Origin: Hypanus sabinus | Lineage: Eukaryota | DNA: 64,000 nt | Direction: 5' to 3' | Assembly: GCF_030144855.1 (NCBI RefSeq) | Contig: NC_082725.1 | Span: forward strand, 10,106,001 to 10,170,000 | Shown here: one piece after another, positions 1 through 13,400 of the stretch | Position numbering within the stretch: the first letter of the stretch is position 1 | Layout of the letters: each line of letters starts with the position of its first letter | The notes under the pieces: generated by a model | Seen by the model: the letters and a program-made list of their open reading frames with translations, nothing else | Databases searched by the model: none | Told to the model about the DNA's origin: nothing | Program-made: the position numbers and the translations under genes

Positions 1-590
1 CATTTTCTGAAATATATGGGAGTGTGGCAATTACAAAAGAGAAATGCCAGTGGCTTTTTTTCATTTGAAGTTTGAGGAGATTGGGTATGTCAGCAAAGAC
101 TAGCAAATTTCTACAGATGTACCTTTGAGAGGATTCGGACTGGTTGCATCATTGCATTGTAGGAAGGAGCCAATGCATGGGGTTGGATAAAGCTGCAGAG
201 GGTTGTAAACTCAGCCTTCTCTATCATGGGCACTCACCTCCCGTGCATCAAGGACATCTTCAAAAGGCGGTACCTCAAGAAGGCAGCATTCATCTTGAAG
301 GACCTTTACCATCCAGAATGTGCCGTCTTCTCATTACTACCATTAGGGAGGAGGCACAGGAGCCTGAAGATGCGTACACTATTTTTAAAGAACTGTTTCT
401 TTCCTGCCGCTATCAGTTTTCTGAATGGCCATTAACACCATCTGGCTATTTTGTTTCCTTTTCGCAGTATTTATTATTTATTCTTGTAGCTCAGAGTAAT
501 TTTTTATGTATTGCGATGTACTGCTGCTGTGCAACAACAAATTTCACAACATATATCAGTGATATTAAACCTGAATCTTGATTCTGGCTG
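1..590 (+). mobile_element. Rex1/Babar-like LINE 3' fragment
   Basis: KKAAFILKDLYHPECAVFSLLPLGRRHRSLK..KNCFFPAAISFLN; tail aaacctgaatct..attctg. Confidence 0.8.
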
Positions 591-939
591 CCTTACACTA
601 AATGTCTGGAAGTCCAAAGTTCTTCATGCACAATACAGTTTCCTCAAAATTTGGTCCGTGGCGTAATATGAGAGAGAAATTGCTTTGTGGATAACTGTGG
701 ATGTGAATTAAACTAGTTGTGAAGATTGTTTTAAAGGCTGGGTTGGAAAAAAAAACCTATCCAAGGTTTGTCCATCGTGTTTCAGTTTTGTTAATGTTCC
801 ATGTGCTCAGCCGAGGGATGAACATTCCCACTGTCAGGGACATCTTCAAAAGGTGATTCCTCAAGAAGGTAGCATCAATCAGCCAAGGATCCTCACTATC
901 CAGGGCATGTCCTCTGCTCATTACTATCATCAGTGAGGA

Positions 940-2140
940 GAATTAGAATCAGATTTAATATCACCAGCATGCAGAGAAACTTGTTGTTATGTGGCAGCAG
1001 TACATTGCAATACACAATAATAAATACTGTAATTTACAATAAGTATGCATATGTATTAAAAAAGTAAAATTAAATAAATAGATATTTTATTGATCCCAGA
1101 GGATCACAGTAGCATTACGAGTGTACAGATATAAATATTAGAAGAGAAGTAGAAAGAATAAAAAAAATAAGTTGCCACAAACAGTCTTACAGGAGGGGTT
1201 CATCACTTCCCTGACTATAGGTAAGTGAGTCATTGTAGAGCTTAATGGCCGAGGGTAAGAATGACCTCATAGCGCTCTCTACTACTAAAAGCGCTCCTCT
1301 GTTCGGCCAAGGTGGCATGAAGAGGATGAGGAACATTGTCCAGAATTTTCAGGATTTTCCATAGGGTCGTTTATTCTGCTACAGCCAAAAGAGAAACAAG
1401 AGAGAATAGTGCAAAAAGGGGAGAGGGGAGAAAAAAATGGTGAGGTATTCTTCATGGGTTCAATGTCCATTCAGAGAGGAAGAAGCTATTGTGTGCCTTT
1501 AGGCTCCTGTACCACCTTCTTAATGGTAGCAATGCAAAGAGGGCATGTCCTGGGTGATGGGAGTCCTTAATAATGGATGCAGCCTTTTTTGAGGCATCAC
1601 TCCTTGAAGATGTCCTGGATGCTGGGGAGGCTATTGCCCATGATGGAGCTGACAGAGTTTATAACTTTCTGCAGCTTATTTTGATCCAGTGCTGCACCCC
1701 CCCCCCCAATAAAAGATGGTGATGCAATCAGTAGAATGCTCCCCATGGTACATCTGTAGCAATTTGTGAGTGTGTTCGGTGGCATGTCAAAGCTCCTCAA
1801 ATTCCTAGTGAAATATAGCCACTGTCATGCCTTCTTTGTTACTGCATTGATATGCTGGGCCCAGAAAAAATCCTCAAGAGATGCTGCCACCCAAGAACTT
1901 GTGATTGCTCACCTTTTCCACAACTGATCCCTCGATGAGGACAGGGGTTTGTGCCCTCGTCTTGCCCTTCCTGAAGTCCACAATCAGTTCTTTGGTCTAA
2001 TGGACGTTGAGTGCAAGATTGTTGCTGCAACACCACTCAACTCAATCAGTTGACCTGTCTCACTCCTGTATGCCTTCTTGTCACCATCTGAAATTCTGCC
2101 ATCGATATTTGTGCTGGCAGCAAATGTATAGACGGTATTT
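940..2140 (-). mobile_element. Nested Rex1/Babar-like fragments
   Basis: agaatcagatttaatatcac tail; LTNCYRCTMGSIL..KLQKVINSVSSIMGNSLPSIQDIFK. Confidence 0.75.
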
Positions 2141-2997
2141 GAGCTAGCCATACAGTCATGAGTGTGGGTACAGGAAGGAGTCTGAAGAGACACGCTCAAC
2201 GTTTTAAGTACAGCTTCTTCCCTTTTATCGTCAGCTTTCTGAACAGCCCATGAACCCATGAGCACTACCTCACTATTTTACTCTCTTTTTGCACGATTTT
2301 TTATATTCTTGTAACTTACAGTATTTTTTAATTCATTGAACTGTACTGCTGTTTCAAACAGCCAATTTCCCAACAAATGTCACATATGATAAATCTGATT
2401 CTGATCAGCTATTGCCTCTTGTCGAGCTCCAACTCTGTCCCATTTTAAATACAAAATCTTCTAACTGTGGTAGAAAGTATGCACATTTGAGGAAAAACAA
2501 TTTAAAGAAATCAGATATATTTTGACATCAGAAAACAAAACTGTTAAGTTTCGAAATCTGCAACCGGCCTGTTGTACATTTGTTTAGGGATTAATGCCCT
2601 GTTAACAATTAATAGCCTTGAGGCATCTGGTGACATTAAAGGGGATCAACTTCATTAGATGCCATTTTGTTGATTGAATTATGTTGTAGTGAGTGTTTGG
2701 CAAAGCTGGAAAGTAGATACCAAAAGCTAGAGAAGCACTCTCTCATTTGACATTATTATCCCGACATCAGTGCCAACAAAATCTGGCAGTTTGACAGGAG
2801 GTAGCTGCCATCAGCCTTGGCAGTCTATACACCAATCCCCTCGCTTCCAAAGAGAATTGAAGTCCAGTGAATGAAGAAAAAATTCCAACCTGTGGGTACA
2901 TTTTGCAGTTGGCTATATAATGTATTAATTTAAGCAAAGAAACAACTTGGAAAATTGTTGGGATGTTTTATAGAAGTATCAATTTATTATCTTTACA

Positions 2998-3456
2998 AAC
3001 ACAAGAGATTCTGCAGATGATGGAAATTTAGAATCAGGGCATATCACTGGCATATGTCGTGAAATTTGTTGTTTTACGAGTAACATGCACAAAATGCAGG
3101 TTAGCAGGTTAGACGGCATCTATAGAGAGGAATAAGCAGCCCACGTTTCAGGTAGAGATGCTTCATTGGGTCTGGAAAGGAAGGGTGAAGAATCCAGAAT
3201 AAGAAGGTGGGGGTGAAGGCAAGGAGTACAAGCCAGCAGGTGAGGGGGAAGTTTGTGGGTGAGGGGGAAGGGATAAAGTGAAAACCTGGGAAGTGATAGG
3301 TGGAAAAGGTAAAGGGCTAAAGAAGAAGGAATCAAATTGGAGACCGGAAATAGACCATTGGAGAAGGGTCCTGATGAAGGGTTTTGACCTGAAATGTTGT
3401 CTCTTTATTCATTTTCTGACCTGCTGAGTTCCACCAGCAATTGTGCATGTTACTCT
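2998..3456. mobile_element. Palindromic Penelope-derived element (degraded)
   Basis: Inverted arms, GA-rich spacer, CTGATGAagggttttgacctGAAAtgtt at 3371-3398. Confidence 0.65.
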
Positions 3457-5143
3457 TGTCTATTGAATCAAGTCTTTGTGTGCACTGTTGCTCTAAGGAC
3501 CTTCCACTTACATTCATTATAAGCCCTGAAGTTAAAAATAATTGCCTTTTAATTAACTTCATTGTCTTGGCTTTCTCTTCTCTACTGCCCTTTCCACCTC
3601 TTATCATTATCATGATCTCTGGCCTTTTGCAAATCCTCTCACCTTTTAGCTCTTTAGAAAGATTAAAAAGACAAAGATTAAAGATAGGCTTTATTTGTCA
3701 AGTAGTGCATAGTTTACTTCTCATCAAACCAGCATGGGTTACACTGCGCAGCCTGCAAAGGTTGTCCAGTTTCCAATGCCAACATATCATTTCCAGAACT
3801 CACTAACCCTAACAGTATGTGTTTGGAATGAGGGAGTAAACCAGAGCTTAATTTTTTAAACTTAAAACTCTGGAATTTTTTCCCCTACGTTTCACCTTGT
3901 GCTCATCTCTTTGAGGGTTCTTTTTTATAATCCCATTACCTCTCTGCCTCAACCTTCTTATATAAATTGTGCCTCTGCAAAGCCCTTGGGATAGTCTTCA
4001 TGAACGGCACTATACAAATGCAAGTTATTCTAAATGATTTTCTTAATGGTTACACTTGCAACAAAGGATTGTGATTCCTGCAACAATAACACGATTACAG
4101 TGATAAATTGGTTCCTCTGGTCAGAGTCAATGACATGCAAATTTGCAATCTGGCTCATAGAACTCTTTTAATGCACACTAGTTTAAACCCTGGAGTTACC
4201 GGCTGCTGCCTCTAGGGTATCTGCTGCAGCTATGGGATGCTGAAACTCAAGTTCTCTGCATTTACATGGAACCTTGTTTCCTTATTGCAGTTTTGCCTTT
4301 TGTTGCATGTTGCAGATGTTCCTGATAGTTGAGGTTGCAGGTTTAGATAATGTTTTGTGTATATTATACCTCTTTGCTTTTTGTTTAAAATAAAGTAACT
4401 GCTTTGGCCAGATTGGCTGTTCTTCACTGTTTCTAAACACACTTTTGCACGCTTTTGCTCACCGCTCCTTGCACACTCTCGTTCCCCCCTCACCCTTCCC
4501 TCCTCTCCCTGAAAATATTTTATGCAAAAACGAAGTTGTTGTGATATTGCAATGCTGCTGCTGTAATCTTTATACTAACTCCAATGAATTGATGCATTTT
4601 TGATTTTGAAAGCCTTCACCATCTTGTAATAGAAATTCAAGGAATATAAGAAACTGCTGACAGAACTCAATGGATCAACTTGCATTTGTGGATGCTGAGG
4701 GACAATCGGTAACAACAATGATGAAATTTTCAGGAAAAAGGAGTCCAGTTGCTTATTTACTTGTAATATAAGAAAAGCAAAGCCAGTACCACCTGATGTG
4801 TACACCACGTCTTCAAAGATTTCAGATCATAACGTCCAACATGACGTTTTCACAACCATCTGATACCAAGCCAGACACAGATGTTTCTTGTAAAAACCTC
4901 TCACTGATCTTAGACTGTAAACAAAATCATTTACTACATCATTTTACACTGAAGATATTGTGGGTGGGGTTTCAAGATCGAGGGGTGGCTCTGCATGCCA
5001 AGTGCTAACCGAATTTTTTTGTGTGCCATCTTGGACATAAGTGTGACTCATATCATAAACACGAGATTCTGCAGCTGCTGGAAATACAGAATAGCACATA
5101 CACAAATGCAGGAGGACTCAGCAAGTCTCCCCAGCAACCCTGG

Positions 5144-5209
5144 CAGGGGTTCCCAGCCTGTGGTCCCCTTGCTAACAGTCCATGGCATAAAATAGGTTGG
5201 GAACCCCTG
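5144..5209 (+). mobile_element. Tiny hAT-type MITE
   Basis: TIRs CAGGGGTTCCCAGCCT / AGGTTGGGAACCCCTG; internal ccatggcataaaa shared with other copies. Confidence 0.75.
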
Positions 5210-5364
5210 ATCTATGGAGAGGAATAAAGAGCTGATGTTTCATCAGGACAGAAGTGTCGGCTCTTTTTGACTTATCAAGAAGTTATTGTTGTTTGGGCAT
5301 CATACTGGGTTTAGTGATGGCATTGTTCAAAATTGTGTACTTGCAATAATTGGAATATGGCTTA

Positions 5365-5660
5365 GTTTAACGATTAGCATTATTTGTCACATAGACATTG
5401 AGACATACAGTGAACTGCGTTGTTTGCATCAAATCAAAGCAGTGAGGATTGTGCTGGGCAGCCTCCAAGTGTTGCCACGCTTTCAGTGCCAATATGGTAT
5501 ACCCACAGCTCACTAACCCTAAATGTACATCTTTGGATTGTGGGAGGAAACTGGAGCACCACACAGTGATGGGGAGAACATGCAAACTCCTTACAGACAG
5601 CGGCAGGAATCAAACCCCCATCTTACAGCTATTGCTAACCACAACACTACTGAACCACCC
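5365..5660 (-). mobile_element. V-SINE
   Basis: Reverse-complement V domain ctttggattgtgggaggaaactggagcacc. Confidence 0.75.
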
Positions 5661-6099
5661 CACAGTGTATAGTTTATATTGTAAATAATGTCTATTGTAT
5701 TTGTGATAAATACCACTTAAAATAATAGGCCAAAAATTGTTTTCAAGTGGATGAGAATTTTGTTAATAATATCAATCCTGTGGGATTTGTTTTCCTGGAT
5801 GTCATCAATGGTTTGCATATTCATGGTGGAACAATGTTAATCAGTATATCTCTTTTTAATACTAATTACATTTCCTGCCCATAGTTTTTTTTTAGCTATT
5901 AGCATAATAAATTGACTTCCTGGTCCTATTTGGTACAACAAGCCTTTCTATTTATAGTATTTTGTTGAGTTTTTTTTAGTTTCTCAACTATAAAGGCAAA
6001 CTACCTTTACAATTTATAAACTACCTTTCTCTTTATATACATTGTGTTTAAATTAGACCTTTTTTCTCTTGCTTTTTCATAACTCAGTGATATATAAAA

Positions 6100-6900
6100 T
6101 CAAATGAAAGCCATTTTACATGTATTTCTGCATGTGAAGTTGCTTTTACCCAAAGACTAGCCCAGCACCTGTTTTGCATAAATATCTGTTTAGCAATCAT
6201 TGACAAAAAGTGTATCAAGTGATCATTATTTTACGCTCATTAGCCAATGAGAAATGCACTATATATTCTGTTTATTCGCTTTAAACATATGTTTCTCATG
6301 TTATTGATAGATATATTGCCTGGTTGGAGTATTTGAACTTGTTGCAGGCACCGTTAATGGTTAAAATACTGCATATGGAAGTCCCTGCAGTCATATCGTA
6401 CTGTACCAGGAGAATTGCTAACCAGCAGTAAATGAGGTAGTTTTGATGAGAGAAAATGTGAATTGCTTGCCTGTTTAAGATTAGTTTTGAAGAGTAGTTA
6501 GCTGGCTGTAATAGGGCACACTTGAGTAATTGCATTTGTATAACAAGCCCAGCTGAAGAGGTCTGACAGGCGTAGAGATTTGTCTGCCGAGGATCTCCAG
6601 ATGGACATGACCACACAGCAGCTGGGTGGCACGTTTCTCAGCATGGTTAGCAATGCCCAGAGTGTCAGCTGTTCCCAATGACCGCAGAACCTTAGTAGAC
6701 CAGCTGGTGTTTGTTGACAGGCAACAGCCCTGGTAGACTCTCTCTTCAAACTGGCTGTCAGTGAACGAAGCCAGCAGGGATGACCAGCACAGCATAACAA
6801 GTCACTGCTGTGAGTCATTAGGAGCGCTTTTGAAACTTGCTTTTGCCCAAACCTGAAAATCTAAACCAGAAGGGTGCATTTCTTAATAATTTTGTCTTTT
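6100..6900. promoter_or_regulatory. Candidate conserved non-coding enhancer
   Basis: Repeat-free island with four CAGCTG E-boxes (6550, 6619, 6666, 6701), CAGATG (6598), several TGACAG/CTGTCA and TAAT sites; located in HIBADH intron 4. Confidence 0.5.
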
Positions 6901-7854
6901 TCAAAAAGATAAGTAATTTCTCTTTACAGCTGAGTATTTTGTAGCTTCCTTCAGTCAAATAACAAATGATGGTTTCATTTTCATGCATGTTGCAACAGCT
7001 CTGACTTCTCAGGGAAAAGCAGAGGGAAAATACTTGAGGAAGCCTGGCTATTTACACAAGGGATGTTCGACATTCTCTACTAGAGGAGCAGTTAGTGTTA
7101 CAGGTCAAATTTTGTAACATGGATGAAAATAGTATTTCTTGTCAGTCACTCTGTAATGAGAAATAAGTGATTTAAGATTTTATATATATGTTGTAATTTA
7201 TAGCTATTTTATGTATTGCAATGTACTGGTGCTGCAAAACAGCATATTTCAGGGCATATCAGGGACATTAAACCTGATTTTAATTCTGATACTGGAAAAT
7301 GTGGAGCAGCAAGAAGTGGATTCTTCTACAGAATAACTAAACCTTTATAGAAAAATTCTAAACTCCTTAGATTTGGGTCTTGGATTTGAATACTTTGCTG
7401 CATTCAGCTCAGGATTGCTTTAAAAATGAAGAGCAGTCTGTGATCAATAAACTATTATTAATCTCATCCTGCTGAAGTTGAAAGGCTGGATCTTGTCTGA
7501 AACTTCGTCATAGGATCGCAGTTACCTGTTCCAGGTACGGAGGGCCTATTTCACTGACACTCTGCGGTCCCTTGACCAGCACTCATATTCTACTGCTGAC
7601 TGAACTGCAGATGGTGCAGGGATCCTGCCTATAAAATACTCCTGACAAGTTTTGACAGATGAAAGTTCTTGGAATAGTGTTTTTCCTTGCAATCAAACCT
7701 ATCAGTAAATTTACCAGTTTGTAAACAGTTTGTAAATTAAGTTTTAAAAACAATAAATTTCTTAAAGCATTTAGAAATTAAATTATTTCCTTTTTTTAAA
7801 AAAAATAAAGTTCTTGCTTCCCCTAACTACTTTTATGCAGGCCTGGAAACCTCA

Positions 7855-8110
7855 TTGAAATCGATGAGGAATTTCTTTAGCCAGAGGGTGGTGAATCTGT
7901 GGAATTTATTGCCACAGACGGCTGTGGAGGCCAAGTCATTGAGTATATTTAAAACAGAGCTTGATAGGTTCTTGATTAGTCAGGGTGTCATAGGTTATGG
8001 GAGAAGGCAGGAGAATGGGATTGAGAGGGACTATAAATCAGCCATGATGGAATGTGCAGCAGATTCAATGGGCTGAATGGTCTAATTTTCCTGCGTCTTA
8101 CAGTGTAATG
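7855..8110 (+). mobile_element. CR1 LINE 3' end
   Basis: MRNFFSQRVVNLWNLLPQTAVEAKSLSIFKTELDRFL. Confidence 0.88.
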
Positions 8111-8399
8111 AAGTTCGATGGGGTTTTGTATCCTAGTAACTCTTGGCCTATTTGTTGGTCTCTTTTTGGGAGTTTAGTTACAGATATGACCCCCTGAATC
8201 TTTCAGTAGGCCTCAGACTTGGTGCATAAGAGCAAATTTTGATCTTGAGGTGGCATCCAGCAGTGTCTGGGACATGTCCTCTTCTCATTTCTATCATCAG
8301 GGAGGAGGTGCAGGAGTCTGAAGATCCATACTCAACAATTCGCAATGGCTTCTCCCCTTTTGCCGTCAGAATACTGTAAAAACAAATAAAGTGAATCTG

Positions 8400-9130
8400 A
8401 GGCCTCCTTCGTTCAGGGTCGCCATGGGTATTGTGTCCTTGTTGCCGAGGTGCACAAGCCAGGGCAGTGCAATATGGAGGGCAAGCTGTTGCCCATGTAG
8501 CAGACTACACTCTCCACACGTCTGACAAACCCAAATGAATGGCAGAGGTCGACAAGAGAAAATCTGCAGATGCCAGAAATCTGAGTAACACATACAAAAC
8601 GCTGGAGGAACTCAGCAGGCCCGAAGGATTTCAGCTCGAAACGTCGACTGTACTTTTTTTCCATAGATACTGCCCGGCCTGCTGAGTTCCTCCAGCATTT
8701 TGTGAGTGTTATTTGTCAGAGGCTGATGCAGTTTGTTAGTAGCAGCATCTCAGGAGTTGCCAGTCATCGTTAAACTCAATATAGGACTGCCTTAAAGACT
8801 CCAGCTCCAGGTTGACTTCCAAAGCCTTCCCCATGTATTGCTGCAAGGCTGTGGAGGTTTCAGATCTGAGTTTTCCTTCTCCTAAATGAGTTGCCCACAA
8901 CAGCTGATGAGCTCCATTTGCCCGAAGTGACTGGCTTTAAGGCATAGGTACCTGCCTTTGCCCTTTCTCTAGTCAGTAGAAACAGTTCTGCTGGGCTGAG
9001 TGGCTCAGCCACATGTGAAGGCCATGTGGTTGTCAGAGACTATTTGAGGCACAGGCCATTGGGAGGGAGCATTTAATAGGCAGTGGGAACTTGTCCCCAT
9101 TACCACCACTGGCTACAACAACCTTAAGGA
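8400..9130 (-). mobile_element. RTE-leader-derived non-autonomous repeat (interrupted at 8553-8712)
   Basis: Reverse-complement similarity to 31625-32155 (ttttccttctccta, cacatgtgaaggcc, catttaataggcagtggga). Confidence 0.6.
8553..8712. mobile_element. Palindromic Penelope-derived element nested in an RTE-related repeat
   Basis: gctggaggaactcagcaggcc...GAAACGTCGACTG (8638-8650)...ggcctgctgagttcctccagc. Confidence 0.7.
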
Positions 9131-11339
9131 ACCAAAATGAATAACAACTAAACAACAATTTTCACAGCACCTTAGTCAGTGATAATAATTCTGAATCTTA
9201 GTCGGACTTCAGTTTGAGAAGTTGAATGGAGCTACTGGGTACAACAAGTTTATGAACAAAACTAGAAGAAACATGATTAATTCATTGACAAGTTTAGTTG
9301 AGCAGTTAATTAATCAGACCAAATAAACATGAAGATGTAAGTGCATATTGTGAAAGTACTAAATAAAAGGAAAATTAGTTGCATATATTTGTAGGATGTT
9401 TGCATATAACAAAGGCCACTTTTCATTGTCCATATCCTAGTTATCTATTCCTGATGACCTTGAACTAATATCTTGCCAGGCTATTTCAGAGGACGCATTG
9501 CAGCCCATAGATGATGGTATATCCATAGCAGTGAGGTTATGGGTCTGCTGTGAAACCAGAGGCCACTGTGTAAGGAATAACATACTTCCTTTGCCTTGGG
9601 GATCAGTGAACTAAAATAAAAAAACAAAATGTTGAAACACTCAGAAGGTCACGCAGCACCTGTCGAAAGAAAAACAATTAATGCTTCTGATCTGGGACCC
9701 TTCATCGGAGCGTTTTCTAGTTTTCTTGCAGATTTGGATTTTTTAATAAGTGTGGTTTTATTAAGTTTAAATTGACTTAATCCTTTATAAAACCTTTTCC
9801 GGTGTAAGGTAGCACCACGGAAGATGTTCGACAGCTTACTGGGAAAATCATAAGGCAAGAGATGAGACTAAAAACATTACTTATAACTTCTTTTCTGAAG
9901 TAAATTGTGGTGAACTATCGCCACAGACAGTGAAGAGGCAGACTGAGGCAAGGCTGGTTTGGGGATGAGCCGTGCTGGGGCATTACAAGGTGCAACGTGT
10001 TCAGGCCAGGGAAGCAGGTGCGGTTTGTATTGCTGCCGGAGATGAAGTGATTGATTAGGAGAAGAGCTGACATGGAAGAATTTCAATGCCTTGTCCACCT
10101 AACCTGCGTGCAAGGTTGGATTGCTTCAAGTGCCAAGCCGATTTGGTGAGATTGAGAATGGCTTCGGTCTGGGTGGCCCAAGCATACTGCGGTGCCCGGA
10201 TCCATGTCCTGGAACTTGGCACTACTCCGTGCTTGGATAATTTAAATGCTGGCACCAATAGACTGGAAGTATGAGGCTGATTTTGGTCGCTCTCTCTCTC
10301 GAGTGTTCATTCCTTTCTCCACAGCACCGAGGCTCTGAACTGATCTGGCTGCTGTGCGTTTCTGCCCCGCTGGTGTGATGGTCCCCGCTGGGGACCGAGG
10401 CTTGGGCCTACTCCAGTTGCTCCAGGTGCAGATCTGGGACTCGGTCTCATTTGGGATGCTGTTGGCTTGCTTCTATTGTTTGCATGATGTGTGTTCTATC
10501 TCTCTTTCTCTGCGCTGTAGTTTTTGGTCATATTTTAAAATTGGGCTATTCGAGTTTCTTGCTTTGTGGGTGTCTATCAGCAGACAAATTACAAGGTGTG
10601 TAATTTATACATTCTTTGATAAATGTGCTTAGGATACTTTGGATATATTGGTATGTTTGTTTATGACCTTGTAGTTCTTTAACAAAATTCCTTTCTGTCA
10701 TCTAATTTGGTTGGTGCCTCATCACAATCACTATTCTGCAATAAAATGAAAGGTCGGGTTTTACTTTGAACATTTTGAATGTTGAAGACAAGATTTTTCT
10801 TTGGAGTAGGTATAATTATCATTAAAGTGGTTTAACTGTACGTATTACTCTACTGCAGTTTTATTTTATAACTCAGTATAAATTTATTATTAAAGACCAA
10901 GAAAGGCCGCATATTAAAAAAAACAATAGCAATGAGCTTTCAATGATTGAAATGTTTTGGGTTGAAGTATCGCTTCAGATATTTCACCACTAAACAGCCT
11001 CAACATGTTTTTGAGTGAGGTAAGGTGAGTGCCTTTAATCTAAAGATTATCTGTAGGAAACAATGTACACTGAATAGACATATCATGGTCACATCCTACT
11101 ATAATTAAGATACAAATTTGCTTCAGATAAAACAAAATTGGATCTTTTCTATGATTATGTATTTAAAATTCTACTCTATAGAATTGGCTTGCATTATCCT
11201 AGGTAGCTTTCCAGATGAGTAAGTGCTGTGTGCAATACCATTTCTGTTCTCCTAAATCTACTCTTCATCAAGACTTACAGATACTGAATTTACAATCTAG
11301 GTGCTTTTTTCAAATGGTGTTCAAAGTTTGCTCTAGCCT

Positions 11340-11830
11340 GTGACAGGCTGCATCATTGTCTGGTATGGGGGGGGGGGGGGGGCTGGCTACAGCACAGGGT
11401 CAAAAGGAGCTACAGAAAGTTGTAAAATTAGTCATCTCTATCATGGGTACTAGCTTCTGACATCTTTGAGGAGTGGTGCCTCAGAAAGGTGGCATCCATT
11501 ATTAAGAACCCTCCCATCACCCAGGACATGTGCTCTTCTCATTGTTACCATCGGGAAGGAGGTACAGAAACCTGAAGGCACACACTCAGTGATTCAAGAA
11601 CAGCTTCTTCCTCTCTGCCACCTGATTTTTAAATGGACATTGAACCCATGGACATTACCTCACTTTCTAATTTTTTCTGTTTTTGCACTATTTTTAATTT
11701 AACTATTTAATATACATGTATATTACTGTAATTCTTTTTTCTTCAATATTCATCATGTATTGCATTGTACTGCTGCTAAGCTAACAAATTTTACAACATA
11801 TGCCAGTGATATTATACCTGATTCTGAACG
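11340..11830 (+). mobile_element. Rex1/Babar-like LINE 3' fragment
   Basis: Same 3' region (cccaggacatg..ctcttctcattgttaccatc) and cctgattctga tail. Confidence 0.75.
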
Positions 11831-12539
11831 TACCTTAAATGACTTAAACAAATAAACCTTAAACAATTCAAATGTTCAAAATAACTTTATTATCAAAGTA
11901 TATATTTATGTCACCATATACAACCCTGAGATTCATTTTCCTGCAAGCATACTCAGTAAGTCCAATAACTGTAATAAAATCAATAAAGGACCACACCTAA
12001 AGAACAGACAGTCAGTGTACACAACAAATTATGCAAATACAAAAAGGAAGAAAAAAAGGCAATAATAGTAATAAATTAATAAGCAATAAATATTGAGGTC
12101 ATGAGATGGAGAGTTCTTGAAAGTGAGCCCATAGGTTGTAGGAACAGTTCAGTGATAACTGTGATGTGATGTGAAAATTATACCTTTTATAAAATAGTTA
12201 GCTAAACTTAAAAAGTGTACCTTATATCTCTGCATTATTAGAAGGCATTAATTTATGGGTATAAGGCAATCATCAGACCAAGCTGATTCAATTATTGCTA
12301 GCTCAAGACGTGCCTGGAAGTACTCTGTAGAATAAAGAACAAACTAATCTTGTTGTTAAAGTAGTACAGTTGGAAAATTTTAGTGTATGTTGAATGCATC
12401 GGTACACCATACATGCCAAGCAATACTGGATCTAACACGTAATGTGAAATGTTTTTAATTATTAAGAAAAAGCTTTTTAGGAGCATAGTTCTTCTTAGAA
12501 TGTTAAAAGATTGTCTGAATGATCACGAACTCCTATTTA

Positions 12540-13400
12540 GAAATGAGAACATTTTGATTAATTTTACTGCTGTTGGATGAATCATCAGGCTTTATTGGAC
12601 TATTATGATTAGGACATTAATATCTGTGAAATATTAGAACTGAAGTTTCATATATTGTGGATTTTAAATTGCCGTTTTAACTCAGCAGTGAAAATTTTAT
12701 TAAGTATATTCTTAGTTAAGAAGGAGGTGGAAGAATTACGAAATGTAGCCCACTAGAGGTCATTGTTCAGTTGTAGCCTGTTAATGAACCAGAAACATCT
12801 GAGAGGGCAATAAATTACATTGTGGATTTTTCTAATTATAAATTCATGCTTAATCATTCAACGACAAGTAGGTTGTGGCAGCACGTCTATGTATTTTGCA
12901 TACACAGTTATGCTAATGTGCTATTATATTTCAGTAGATGTTGGTTCTTCATCATTAGAGCAGTTCATTAAAGAAAAGCTCTTTGCCAAATCATAATTGC
13001 TGATTATGGGTAATAATTAACTTTTCTTCCCCTCTTGATTCTGTCTGTTTAGTCAAAAAGACCCAGTTTAGCTTTTCCTTGATTTTTTTTAAACTACTTT
13101 TTTCTGTTACCAAGCTCTTCATTGCTATCTCACAGAATTCAAATCCAGGCCAATTAAAACTCCTGCTGACAGTTGTTGTGATTGGACTTTGACTGGATTT
13201 TGATGGTCATTATGAGCAAATAATGAAGCAAGCCCACAATCACAGCAGCTGCCAGCTCTGGACTACTGTGCAGCTAAACTGGTAAAGGCCACTCAGTATT
13301 CATGAATATTTCCAGTTACAGGTCCTCTGCTTCCAACTGAGAAGCCAAAAAGCAATGCAAAATTGCTCCTATGCTATTTCAATTTTTTGGGGGGCATTTT
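12540..13400. promoter_or_regulatory. Candidate conserved non-coding enhancer
   Basis: Repeat-free; TTTATTGG (12591), CAATAAA (12808), many TAAT/ATTA, TGACAG (13167), CTCF-like CCACTAGAGGTCA (12750-12762). Confidence 0.5.

Noticed and set aside
8904-8930. CTGATGAG...CGAAG as another hammerhead
   Set aside because: No stem II pairing, GAAG instead of GAAA, and the homologous copy near 31.8 kb does not keep the motif.
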